Positions 23,742 through 36,000 of a stretch of DNA of 64,000 nucleotides are shown piece by piece; the first letter of the stretch is position 1, and each line of letters opens with the position of its first letter. The stretch comes from Styela clava. Taxonomy: Eukaryota. The notes beneath the pieces were generated by a model that saw nothing but the letters and a program-made list of their open reading frames with translations, did no database searches and had not been told where the DNA came from. The stretch covers positions 8,866,001 through 8,930,000 of the forward strand of contig NC_135260.1 of the NCBI RefSeq assembly GCF_964204865.1, in the 5' to 3' direction. The position numbers and the translations under genes are program-made.

Positions 23742-26182
23742 TCATATTTTTTCACACAAATACTTTGTGGCATATTGACATGCTCCATCATTTAGGTACA
23801 ATCTGTTATTGTGTCTGAATATCATAGCGCAATCTTCAACTCCTCCCGAATTATTTGGTTCTCCAGTAGACCACAAGGAATGATCAACAGTTGAGTCATC
23901 GACATCATCCGACCAAATAAATCTTCCTTCTTGTGTGACGTCATCCAGTCCGATCCAGCAGTTTGAAATTGAACTCAATATTCCATTTTGTAGTTTCCTG
24001 AACAATCATGTCGTGAAATTATTGCCAGTATGCAGTATTATCAGACGGACAAGATGCATCTCGTGAATAAAATCGACATTGACATTGCCGTTATTGCATT
24101 TTTACACTATTATCGAAAAGTTCTCTGCCTGGCGGTCTCTTCGGTAATGGTTTGAAAACGCTCAGGTCTAATTGAAACATCGTCTCTGAATGGGACTCAA
24201 AATATAAATTCTAAATCGCTTTATAAACTTGTACTTTCATATAACTAAATGCAAAAGAAGTATTTACTCACTGCCGGACAGTTGCGTCCCTTATCCCCGC
24301 CGAAGCAAGTCTAGCATTGAATGATTGGCAGCTTTCTTTTGCATCTGGATAACTCATTGTTTCATCGAAAAGTCGATACCAGAAACCGTTGCTAGCTTTA
24401 GTCCAACCTTGTGCCTTCAAACTGAAGTCTTTCAAATCTGAGATATTTCAGGAGATTCCAATTATTGATTGTCACAATATACGCCTTTTTGTTGTATTGG
24501 GACAAGCAGAGTAGATAGTTTGAACTAATGATGATAAATATGTGTGGCATTAAATGACCTTGTATATGATACAAGTTTTAATGAATTATATAAAACTTGG
24601 AACATTGTTGGGAGTACTCATAGTCCGAGCACTAATGTAAAACTGCTATTCGAACGAAAAATGATGTGCTCGACAACTAGTTCAGCCTTAATTTTGCTTC
24701 TGCAATATATTATGCATTTTTGCTTCGTTACACGGGAATATATATATGTTTTTCATAAAAGCAACAATTTCGTTTTTATGTTAGAATTTCTATCAACGTC
24801 AGGTCACAGATGCTCATTCGGAAAAAAATTATGAAAGGCTGTCAAGATCAAGTACAATATAAAGCGGAAAACAAAAAACAGTTTTAAAAGCCACAATTAC
24901 ACTTCCAATGCTGGGTATTTTGCGTTGAAAAAAATAATACCTATATACAGTTTCATCATACAGGGCCCGTTATTTCAAATTGTGTTGATTTTCTTAATTC
25001 ACGGACACATCTTCATGTAACATTCAGCACAATTATTTTAAGAATTAGCCTGAGTTTTGCTGACTTTGCGTTGGATGTATTTAGTCATCTGTCTTTCGTG
25101 TTTATATCTGCAGCAATGCTCATTTATGTGTTATCAAGTTTCACAATATAGAGCTGATGGGCTTAATGTTGTTCACTAAAGTATTATTATTCGGAAACGA
25201 AGTGTTCATTCGGATCCTTTTGCTAAATTCTTTGTTATCGTTTTTATGAAAAAAATAGATACTAACATTTATATTACTAAAAGATGGTTGAAGTTATTGG
25301 GAAGGTATTAGCTTTTCCCTCTTGCTTCCCAATAATTATTTAAAACAAGGGGATGCTTCAATTAAAGTGATCACCTTTTTATTTCGTCACACTTGTCCTT
25401 ATCCTCCTCGGTGACAGCAAAGTCGAGTTGGATTACTTTTGATGCCCCACCGTGGTAAGGCACCAATGCATGGTATATTTTCCTATTGGTCTTTTTTTCA
25501 TATAACAGAAATAATACATTTCACCATACTCTAGATTCTTTAATAGCGTTACATTCTTAGTATTGATTTACCAGTTTTAGGTTTTTAAGATTAGACTCAT
25601 CGGTGCTCCCGAAGTATGCGAACCAAGATGGCGGACATCGGAACGTAACATGGGTAACAGGTTAGGGTTAGGCCATAATTTGTTTCCAATTTTCTTTATT
25701 TTAGTCCTATTATCAGTTTGAAGACTAGCCAAGTGCTTCCCGTAGTATTTATACCTAAAATTATGGCCTAACCCTAACATAGTACACATATTACATTCCG
25801 ATGTCCGCCATCTTGGTTCGCATACTTCGGGAGCCCCGACTCATCGTATATATTCTGTTTGATTCCTCTTACCAGATAATTCTGTCTGCAGCAATTCCAT
25901 TTTTCTCGACACATTATCGAATTCAGAGCAGTGACAAGGAAGACCTGGTTCTCCTGTAGGCCCTGGTAAACCAGGAAGTCCACGATCTCCCTTTTGACCG
26001 ATTTTACCGGCCTTTCCCGGAGGGCCAACTGCCCTTGTAGGAAATCCAAGATTTTCATTTGCTCCGTCCTCGTTTTGATCGCACGAAAGACGACAAGATC
26101 TAAGCTCTATACTTGCGAACCCCGGAGAAATACATATTGAACCACAAACTATGGCGAAAGCAAGTGTAGCTCTTGCAGCCAT
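23742..26182 (-). CDS. Collectin-like C-type lectin C3, 3 exons, about 243 aa
   Basis: Exons 26182-25873, 24437-24272, 23997-23742. Same architecture as C2, with EPN and LND. Confidence 0.92.
25602..25837. mobile_element. Palindromic MITE, copy 3 (complete), in C3 intron 1
   Basis: GGTGCTCCCGAAGTATGCGAACCAAGATGGCGGACATCGGAA...TTCCGATGTCCGCCATCTTGGTTCGCATACTTCGGGAGCCCC, perfect 8-bp TSD GACTCATC. The empty site is in C2 near 16619. Confidence 0.95.
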
Positions 26183-27908
26183 TTGGTTTTAGATTACTTT
26201 TATAATATAATGTTTGCCATAAAACTCTAACATGAATACATGCGTAATTTGATTAATATTCAGCAACATGTCGCAAGAGATATAATGCAGAAAGAGTTAT
26301 AATTCTGATAATGCCCAGAATCAATCAACAGACAAAATTTTCTGTAATTTTCAATATTCTGTACTGTCTTCACTTCAGTATGCAAACCGGGATAGTCGAG
26401 TCAAATACTGTCGCCTTTTGTCTGAGTAGTTTTATGAAACGCCTCAGAGTTGGGAGTCGGAATCACAATTTCAACGAAGACACACCTGTGATTCAGCTTA
26501 GTAAATAAAAATGAAACGCACGATAAGCGCGTGTCTCTTGTCTGCTTTTGTATAATATAACTTATTACAATATATATTGACTGATTTGCTTCATTGTCGT
26601 TCGGTTAATGTTTAACTATACTTCCTCGTTGGTATTGGTAACTCTTCACCACGAAACTCGAATATTTGTCTGAAGTCTAGCGCAAAGGTAAATGACCTTT
26701 CCATCTTCCAGATTCACAAAACAAGCTTCGTTTGACCACTGCGTCAAGGATAAGCAAAATGGTGTACAGAGGTAAATGATGGGCTCTAAGCCTTAAGGGC
26801 CCCGACATTTAGCTTTGAAATATCAATCATTCAATTATGATATCATATAAATTTTATGTATCACTAATGGTTCATTTGTCGGTAGTTGGGCCATTTCTGG
26901 TGTCATGAAGTTTTATTACAACTTGAGTTTGTTAAAGGTTTATTGAATTCAACTTACTATACAATCTGGTACTATACTTGGGTGATCAGCCTATCTTACT
27001 TGTAGTTAAAATTTCGCATTTGACGCAATTCACAATTTCATTTACGACACCATATCACATTTTACACATCCTTAAAAAGTCAAATATGACGTCATAATGT
27101 AATCGATATAACGTCATTGTAAAAGAGGGGAATCACAAATGGCATAGCATAGGACAGGGATGGCGAACCTCTTAATGATTGCGTCAGCTTATATATTTTC
27201 ATTATGGAAAAGAAGACAGTGGGTCATAGATATATGAGATATTTGACTATAATGAGAAACTCGCTGTCGCTTCGTTTCCTCAAGTCTTATATCCCCTGGT
27301 TGATGTTGTGTAGTTTTTCAGTTTTACACATGCAGCACCTATATCAGGACAGCGTTAATTTGGGTCTATAAAATTTGGTTTTCCATACGGCATTGCAAGC
27401 GGGAAAGGAATAAACTACAAAGTATGAGCTCGTTCCAATTACACTAAAAACGTTCTGCTGCCCTATTTGATTCATGTATCTCCGAAAGAGAACCGCTGTA
27501 ACAAGACAAATTGCGAGAAATGAACAGATCAATTTTATTGTTATGCCATAAACATTGTTACAACATTGTTGTCAGGAGATGCATACAGATATAGTTCACT
27601 TATTGTTAGATTGAATCAAGGCGTGTTTTATTATTGATTTTATTGCTTACATGTTACCATGTTCCTTGCATCAATTCGTAACTCGGCGGGTCTAAGGAAA
27701 AACATGAGCATGTGACCCGCGGGACAGGGACTCGCCACCCTAGGCCTAGACTAGGACTCATTGTCGAAATCCAGCCCTGATTTGAGAGAAATGTTTGTGT
27801 TTAATGCTATGTTAAAACGGTCTTCAGTTTCGGTATATGATATTATGATGAAATGATTTGTTTTAAAAATTTGATTTTAAATAATATTAATTTCTCCATA
27901 TTTTCTGC

Positions 27909-29470
27909 TTATATTTTTTCACACAAATACTTTGTGGTATATGGACAGTTTCCATCATTTAGGTACAATCTGTTATTTTGTCTAAATACCACAGCGCAAT
28001 CTTCACCTCCATTCGCATTATTTGGTTCTCCAGATAACCATAAGGAATGATCGACAGTTAAGTCATCGACATTATCCGACCAAATAAATCGTCCTTCTTG
28101 TGTGACGTCATCCAGTCCGATCCAGCAGTTTGAAATTGAAGCCAATATTCCATTTTGTAGTTCCCTGAACAATCATGTCGTAAAATTATTGCCAGTATAT
28201 GCAGTATAATCTGACAGACAAGACGCATCTCGTGAATAAAATCGACATTGACATTGCCGTTATTGCATTTTTACAACATAATCGAAAAGTTCTCTATCCT
28301 CTATCGGGCGGCCTTTTCGATAATGATTTAAAAACACTCAGGTCTAATTGAAACTCAAGTCTGTGTGGAACTCAAAACAGGTTCTACATTGTTTTATGAA
28401 TCCGTACTTCCATATCCCCAAATGAAGAAGACAATTTTATTAAATATTCACTCACTGCCGGACAGTTGCGTCCCTTATCCCCGCCGAAGCAAGTCTAGCA
28501 TTGTGTGATAAGCAGCTTTCTTTTGCATCTGGATAACTCTTTGCTTCGTCGAAAAGTCGATACCAGAAACCGTTGCTAGCTTTAGTCCAATGTGTCACCA
28601 AGTTCTTGAAGACTTTCAAATACAAAGTTATGTAGATGTAATTGATTAAGTAACTGACGCCAACAAGAATATTATTATTGGAAGTCGAACGATGATCGAT
28701 GAAGTTGTATCATCATTCTCAGTAAAGTTTTGTATATAATTTTTTAAACTATTCATAGCTTTCCCATAAACACCAGAAGTTTATGATACGGGGCAGATTT
28801 GTTTTTGTTGCTAAAGAAGAGGAAAGCAAATTCAATAATACGTCATAGTAATAAGACAACGAAAAACTATAAAAAATTCAGTGTGTAACAGTTTTGAAAG
28901 TGGGAATTTTGCTGTTAGTGACATCTTCCTGGAATTGGTTATAAATTATAACTTATAATTACTGTATGTAACAAAATTACTTAAACTATTCTATCATATA
29001 TATATATATATATATATTATGTACATCAGCGTTCCCCAGGAATGAATTGTTGATTTCTGGGAAGAAATACTGAAATATTATTTTATATTTAGGGAAGATG
29101 CATATTTTCAAAATGTGCAAATGGAGGAATTTATCAAAAAGGTTTTATATCACACTGTACCAGATAATTTTGTTTCCAGCGATTCTATTTTCCTTGACAC
29201 AACATCAAATTCAGAGCAACGGCAAGGAAGTCCCGGTTCTCCTGTAGGCCCTGGTAAACCAGGAAGTCCACGATCTCCCTTTTGGCCGATTTTCCCGGCT
29301 TTTCCCGGAGGGCCGACAGCCCTTCTAGGAAATCCAAGATTTTCATTTGCTCCGTCCTCGTTTTGATCACACGAAAGACGACAAGATCCAAGATCTATAC
29401 TTGCGAAACCCGAATAGATACCTATTGAACCACAAACAATGAATAAAGCAAGTGCAGCTCTTACAGCCAT
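27909..29470 (-). CDS. Collectin-like C-type lectin C4, 3 exons, about 240 aa
   Basis: Exons 29470-29161, 28612-28456 (shifted AAG acceptor), 28164-27909. CRLSC, 10 Gly-X-Y triplets, PCRC neck, EPN, LND. Confidence 0.85.
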
Positions 29471-31081
29471 TTGGTTTCAGATTACCTTTATTATATATTG
29501 TATGACATAAAACTCTAAAATGAATGCATGTGTAATTCGATTATTATTCAGCAACATGGCTCAGAAGATATAGCGTATACTGTAGAGAATGTAATGATTC
29601 TAATACTGGCTCCTGAACCTTCTTTAAATTTAAAATATGAGACCATCGAAAAACATTTAAGATTACTATATATAGGCTGGTGAAGCCATACAAATTTACG
29701 ATCTATATAATTAGTTTTATAAAACGTATTGGAGTTGGGGTACCGGGGTACCCACTATATATGTATATTGATATATATTTTTTCTCTCCTGAAGTAATAC
29801 AGAACCACTTGGTTTAGTATGGTGAGCTTGCCACGACCATGGACTTTTTTACGCTATAAACGTTCAAAATTTCTTCCTCGAATCCTCACTTCCCGAAGTC
29901 AATGTTTTTAATATTTCTAATGCTTTAAAGTTCACTCTGACAGTTACTCCCATGGCATATTCACTTTTCTACAACGAGTTATCTATACTGTAACGATATT
30001 TTAGAAAAATTATTGAAACGATTTGACTGATTAAAATTCATCTTGAGTACAAATAATATCAACATTATTGCAGGAATCAGCGATATTAGATTTGCAAACT
30101 CGAAGTCTAGACTTGCAGCAGTGCAGCTGCCTTATATCTTTCAACTGAGGAGCAAAGTTCATTTCAAAATTATGCTCAAAATATTTACTTTCCTTTTATT
30201 CCTGTAAAGTCCGTAAAATATAATAATTTTACACAGTTTTTTTGACAATAATATTCCATATTTGTATGAGAAAATTCACTAACAGTATAAATGAGACAAA
30301 AACAAATACATTTTCATTGCAATTTTGATGAATATTACCAATAAAAAACTTATGACTAAATAATGTTTTGAAATCTCTCGAAAATTTAGTTGATTTGCTG
30401 CATTGTTTTACTGCATATTTAATCTTCAATTCAAAATTGCTTACTCGGGCATAATATATTTATCTTTGTCACAAGTTGGTTCATGAACCCGAATATATCA
30501 TTACACAATGATTTTCATCTTATTGTGTGCCTATTCGACAGACCTTTATTTGAACAAACTCTAAAACACCTATGCCGTACGATATTCGAAACGGGAGGTT
30601 TCATCTGATATTCACAGAGTTAAAATGACTCGTAAATTTCGATATAGCAATCAATATTATTTGTATCCCACGTCACAATCAGTGGTTCTTTGTATGTTGT
30701 GATAATCTGTAAACCAACACTTGTTTTTGTTTCAAAAGTTATATATCAGATTTAGATAACGCGTGTCATGTAGATGTAGCTCAAATAGTGGCATACATCC
30801 ATATTTTGAAAATGGGGGAACCTGCTGGTAGTGAGTTCGACACGAAGAAGAAACCGTTTTTAAAATTTCGAAACCCATCGCTGCCTGCAATTTATGATTT
30901 AATATTATAGTTTCCAATACTGAAAAATTCTACAGCAGTAATACAATGCATTGGTTACATTGGACACAATGATACAATACACGTTCTGAAATCTATCTAT
31001 TTTATACAACATTTGCTACACAATGTGATATATTTAACTTGGGGAAAAAATTCATCTTGGAATGATTTTAATATAACATGG

Positions 31082-32186
31082 TTATTGTTCCCGCTCGCAT
31101 ATGTAAGGTGCATTTGCGTAGCCTATGCCACAAGGAACGTCGTTCAAGGATACTTCCCCTGTTACGTGGCGAACGATATTCATCAGAGCACAATGTTCGT
31201 TACCCCGAGCGTTGTTTGGTTCCCCACTGCGCCACAGAGTGTGGCGACGGTATCTGACGTCACGAATTCCATCTGACCAAATCCACCTTCTTCCTCTGTT
31301 CAAGTCGTCAAGTCCAACCCACAAGTAGGACACTGTGTCGGCTATACTACTCAGTAACTCCCTGAAAAGATAAAAATTAAAATCAATTAGGAGACATATT
31401 TTAACGGAAAACGTCAAATATTTTACCCATGTGTTATTTATTAGAACGTGTTATTTTATATTAAATCATGGCACAGACAGTTTTGGGGCAAATTCGATTG
31501 ATGCGAAAAGTCCGATCAAGCACGTGTTACGCCGTTAATTTGAAGTAGAAAAAATGCGTCAAGAAAGAAAGATTAACACATATGGCGTGTTTTAAAATGA
31601 GAATTTCAATAAATAAATAGTACTTTCGTGTAGTCAGTTTTCTTATTCCCGCTGATGCAATTCTTGCGTTCTCTGCTGCGCAGTTTTTCTTGGCTTGTAA
31701 ATATGTTACATGCTCTTCAAAAAATCGATAAGCCAACCCATTGCTAGCATTACTCCAAGTCAAGAGTTTGAATTTTGCATGCTTTTTTAAATCTGGAATT
31801 GAGAGGATTAAAAAAAAGATTTTTATTAAGAAATGTGCTGATTAGTCAGACATTTTGCTTAAATGAAATAATTTTGAAGTTCAAGTCTTAAAGTTTGGGA
31901 GCACAATGAATAAATTCGAAAATGTATTCGTCTTACCTGCCAATTCATTTCGAAGATATTCCAAATCTTTCCTCAAATCTTTAAAAGCAGGGTCTGAACA
32001 CCCGCACGGTGATCCTGGAGGTCCTGCCTTTCCCGGAGGCCCTTGTGGACCAGGCAGCCCTGCTTCTCCTGTCTGAGGTACGCCAAGCTTCTCCAAACAA
32101 ATATGACATTGAGCATTGCCCAAAACTGTACCAATAAGCCCATAAAACAAACAAACAATCCCGCACAATGTAAAGCTGAACGTCAT
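31082..32186 (-). CDS. Collectin-like C-type lectin C5 (divergent), 3 exons, about 232 aa
   Basis: Exons 32186-31937, 31792-31624, 31361-31082. Signal peptide, CHIC, 7 Gly-X-Y triplets with GPPGKAGPP, PCGC neck, WVGL, EPN, EHC, LND, YICE. Confidence 0.9.
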
Positions 32187-33063
32187 CCTGTTTCCAGGAT
32201 TCTTCTAATTCCAAATATAAGTACAGTCCCTAAAGTATCTGAGTTGAAAAAAATTGTATTTAATTTGTGTTATTTAAGAATTAAATACAACATTTTGATA
32301 AAGAAAAAAGTTCAAAAAGTAGCACCATCTACTGCGACACAGACTAGACTGGTCGAATTCAAGCTATTTGATAGCATTCTGACGATCGTTGCATGTAGAG
32401 TTATCCCGTTAGAAAAAATCGGAATTTTATGTAGTATTTTAGGACATACTGACATACTGAAATTACCTAATTCGATGTCGAATACAAGTCGATTGAGTTT
32501 TATTGAACTGTTTTGCTAGCGACTGCCAATGGAGACTCGTACGTATATCAAGGAAGTTGTTCGAAACTGTACTTTCCATGAACTATGTACACGGGTCCAT
32601 AGGTCAGTTTGTTTTATAATGCTTACAGAGGCTGACATCATTAAAAACATATGCACAAATAAAGATTTGAATCCTGACTCATATATTAGGTAAATTTTTT
32701 AAAAAAATAAAAAATTTAATTTAAATGGAAAAGACAGATCCGAAGTAGATGAACAAGCACAAAAGGCATGCAATTCGATGCACAATATCATAGTAGTACC
32801 CTCTAAATATAGCTGATTTATTTTTGTGAAGAGGGATTTTTTAACACGACCAACCAGTAAAAACTTGGTGATTGGCCGGTCGACGCATTTACTCAGTGCC
32901 ATGGCAAGCCCAAATTTAATTCGGCTTTCTTATCTACAGGAATATTTTTGTTTGTGACGTCATAAAGTAGATAATATTGTAAATTTCAAAATTATTCGAA
33001 CTAAATTGTAATGCTCAATATAGATATGCATAACGTCAGGTACTGATTTTTATCTCGCTCAAG

Positions 33064-36000
33064 ATGGACGAACAAGGATTTTTAAAAGGTGAGTAAAAGT
33101 TTCAGTTTAGTCAGAGATATAAAGTAATTTATAAGTTTTTGAAAACGAAAATGTATTAAAAATTAATATCAAAAATGGGACAGAGTACTTTCACGAAGTC
33201 ATACTTTTTGTCGATATCTGCAGATAAAAAAAAAAAATTGTTAAGGTGTGTTGGATGTACGAATCACCATTAGGCTCAAAGTTCGCGTATTTACCCTAAT
33301 CATCTCCGGAACATGAGTTCGGTCTTTAGACAGAAAAATGGTATATTTATAGGAGAGAATATACTCTTTATTTGTGAATCGCTGCTAAGCTCATTTAAGA
33401 GAAAATGGATATTCGAGATTACGTTCCCTAATCATTCAATAAACTTCAGCTTCGTTACGGTGAAAAAAAAAATATTATCTTTGTATTTACAAATTCCGCT
33501 GTCATTTTTAACGAGTAGGTAAGGCAACCTAGAAGAAGGCACGGCACCCTTTAATGCATCTTCTGTTATTGTCTCAATTGCGTAGCTTTGTGATTTAGCG
33601 ATTTAATGTATCACGTTGCCATAATAACGACGTCTATAATACCTTTATTTAATATATTTTGTAAGCACATTACTACATAAATTGATCGCTCGGGAAATGT
33701 GCTATCTTTCAAACATGGCTCCATACATACAAGTTTATGCTTCTGTATTAAATAACTGGATAACTAATCCTATACCCGGCATGAACTCGTAACTGGACGA
33801 GAGGCCGTGGTTCGTCATATGATTAAGTCGTATTATCGGCTTTCTTCTCCCCGGTATAAATATGTAAATCCCATTTTATATAAATATATATATTGTAGTA
33901 GTAGTCGTCAGATGTACATTTCATTGAATTTTCATGCTGATAGAACGCTCAAACAACGAACAAAAAGTAAAAAAAAAGTAAAAAAGTAAACTGCAATAGT
34001 CACAGACTTTTCAAATTTTGGTATGTTTTTTTCCCATTTCCTCTTTTCTACCTTTGTTCTGAAAGTTCCTTGGTTGACTCTTTATTCATATTGTACCTTT
34101 TTCTTTCAGATCCGGATGCTTTTCTCAGCGATCTCAAAGTTTATGATTTCCACATTCTAATGACACGAGATCCGGGATTTTGTGACTACTTCAATAAATA
34201 TTGCTTTCTACCAATTTTTGGTCAAAAAGTTGCATATTCAAATAAAAGGAAGAAATTTATTTACGATCCACCAATGCCTAGAGAAAAGCGAAAGTACAAC
34301 ATTGCCAATGATATTGTGCGCGATTGGTTGTACCAAAATCGTTTTCCCGACTTCTCCAAGTCGAAGGCGGCGGATGAATACAAACTTTGTGCTCTTATAA
34401 TGGCATCAACATCATGCGTAACAATGGCTAAGTATGATTCACAAATGAAGCGAATTGCTGGATCTACACAATCAAGTGAGTTGAATAATGAAAATACCTT
34501 TGCTTTGCGTAGGTTGGACTTAGTGGCTCTTCTCCCTCTCTCTCTCTCTACCTGTCTTTTTTAAATACCTCTATATAACATCTCATTCAAATTTTATTTA
34601 ACATTTTTTTCCTGTTTTAATTTGACCATTATTACTCAAAAAGCAATTCTCGTGAGCCATTTACACAGAACTTTTACAATATTTTGTGATTGCTTTGTAT
34701 TTGCAATTTATCTTATAAGGTGCCACTGTCATTTTCAAACTTCTTTTCAGCTCAAGCTTTGATGGAAAATTTAGATCAAATCCTATTTTTCTGCTTCGGT
34801 GGCGTTTCTAAAATGGGAAGTTTCCGACGTTATGTGTATTCGTCCAAACACGGGAAACACTTGATTGCATTTTGGATGGACGCTGAACATTTACGAAGAC
34901 TTTCAAAAGCTGTGATACAAAACGATACAACTATTTCTTCCGATCTTCGTCAAAGAAAAAAGTTATTACTGAGTGCAATTCAGTATAAATATTACAGAAG
35001 AACCAGCAAATTTGCACTTCCACTTCCTTTCCTGAAAGAAGTAATAGCAGGTATCATTTTTTATATATTGCATACCATATAAATCTTCCATTTTATATAT
35101 TTCATTCAAGATATTCATACGACAACAGGAAGATAAATGTAACAAAACTTTGAACCACTACCGATTAAACTCTTATCAGCAAAACACTATACAGTTGATT
35201 CACTATGAAACGAAACAGTAACTATACGTCACAGAAAAATATTACACACGTTAGGAATGACAAAAGTGATAAATTGAGTGAGCCATTTTTACAGAAGTAG
35301 TTGGAGAAATGTCACTGCTTGTCGAGAGCTGTCTTCTGAGCAAAGATTCGAAATACTTCATATAAATAAAATCAATTTGACAGCACTTGGTATAAAATGT
35401 CTCAAAGTTAAAAACGAAAGTTTATCTGCAAATACTACACTATTATGACAATCTAAATGTTTTTTATATTATAGAACAGGATACGAAGAGTGATCATACT
35501 TACGGTTTCGATTTCACGATGCAGTTACAAATAAATGTATTGAAAAAACTGCAAAATTATTGGGTACCAAGATTCATCTTAACCAATATCAGAATGATTT
35601 TGCAAGAGGACGAATCTAATTCGGATGATCGGGCAAGTCTTTGTTAGCAGATAGGACTACACATTGCAAATACTTTTGACGGCAACTCACACGATACCGG
35701 GTTGTCAGCACAAGTTAATATGCTCCAATCATAGAACGTATGGCAATACATAACCCTAAACCAGCCTTAGTACATTCTTTTTTTTTTAAATATTCACAGC
35801 TATAAAAATACCTACGTATGTACCGGTATCAAATATACATCTTGTGATGACTGTGGTCGTATTGGCATTGAAAGGGGTCAAAAAGTACGTAAATAAATTA
35901 AATTTATCCCACCTTATTTTTAGAGCTCCCTAGCGCCAAGTATGGCATTCGAAGACGAAAATGACATTATGGATTATATTCTTCGCCGTTCATCTATGGT

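Larger units (their letters stand above)
14689..29740 (-). repeat. Tandem array of collectin gene plus spacer units (C2, relic, C3, C4); C3-to-C4 period about 4.2 kb
   Basis: Spacer blocks recur: 17350-18060, 22280-23005 and 26570-27330; also 18789-18934, 23242-23388 and 27418-27563. 15270-15700 appears identical to 24262-24692. Confidence 0.9.

Noticed and set aside
29115-29366. Plus-strand Pro/Gly-rich collagen-like ORF
   Set aside because: Antisense shadow of the C4 collagen exon.
14689-29470. Diversity-generating retroelement or CRISPR-like explanation for the variable CTLD ends
   Set aside because: No reverse transcriptase, template repeat, adenine-specific pattern or repeat-spacer array. 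Ordinary paralog divergence and recombination suffice.
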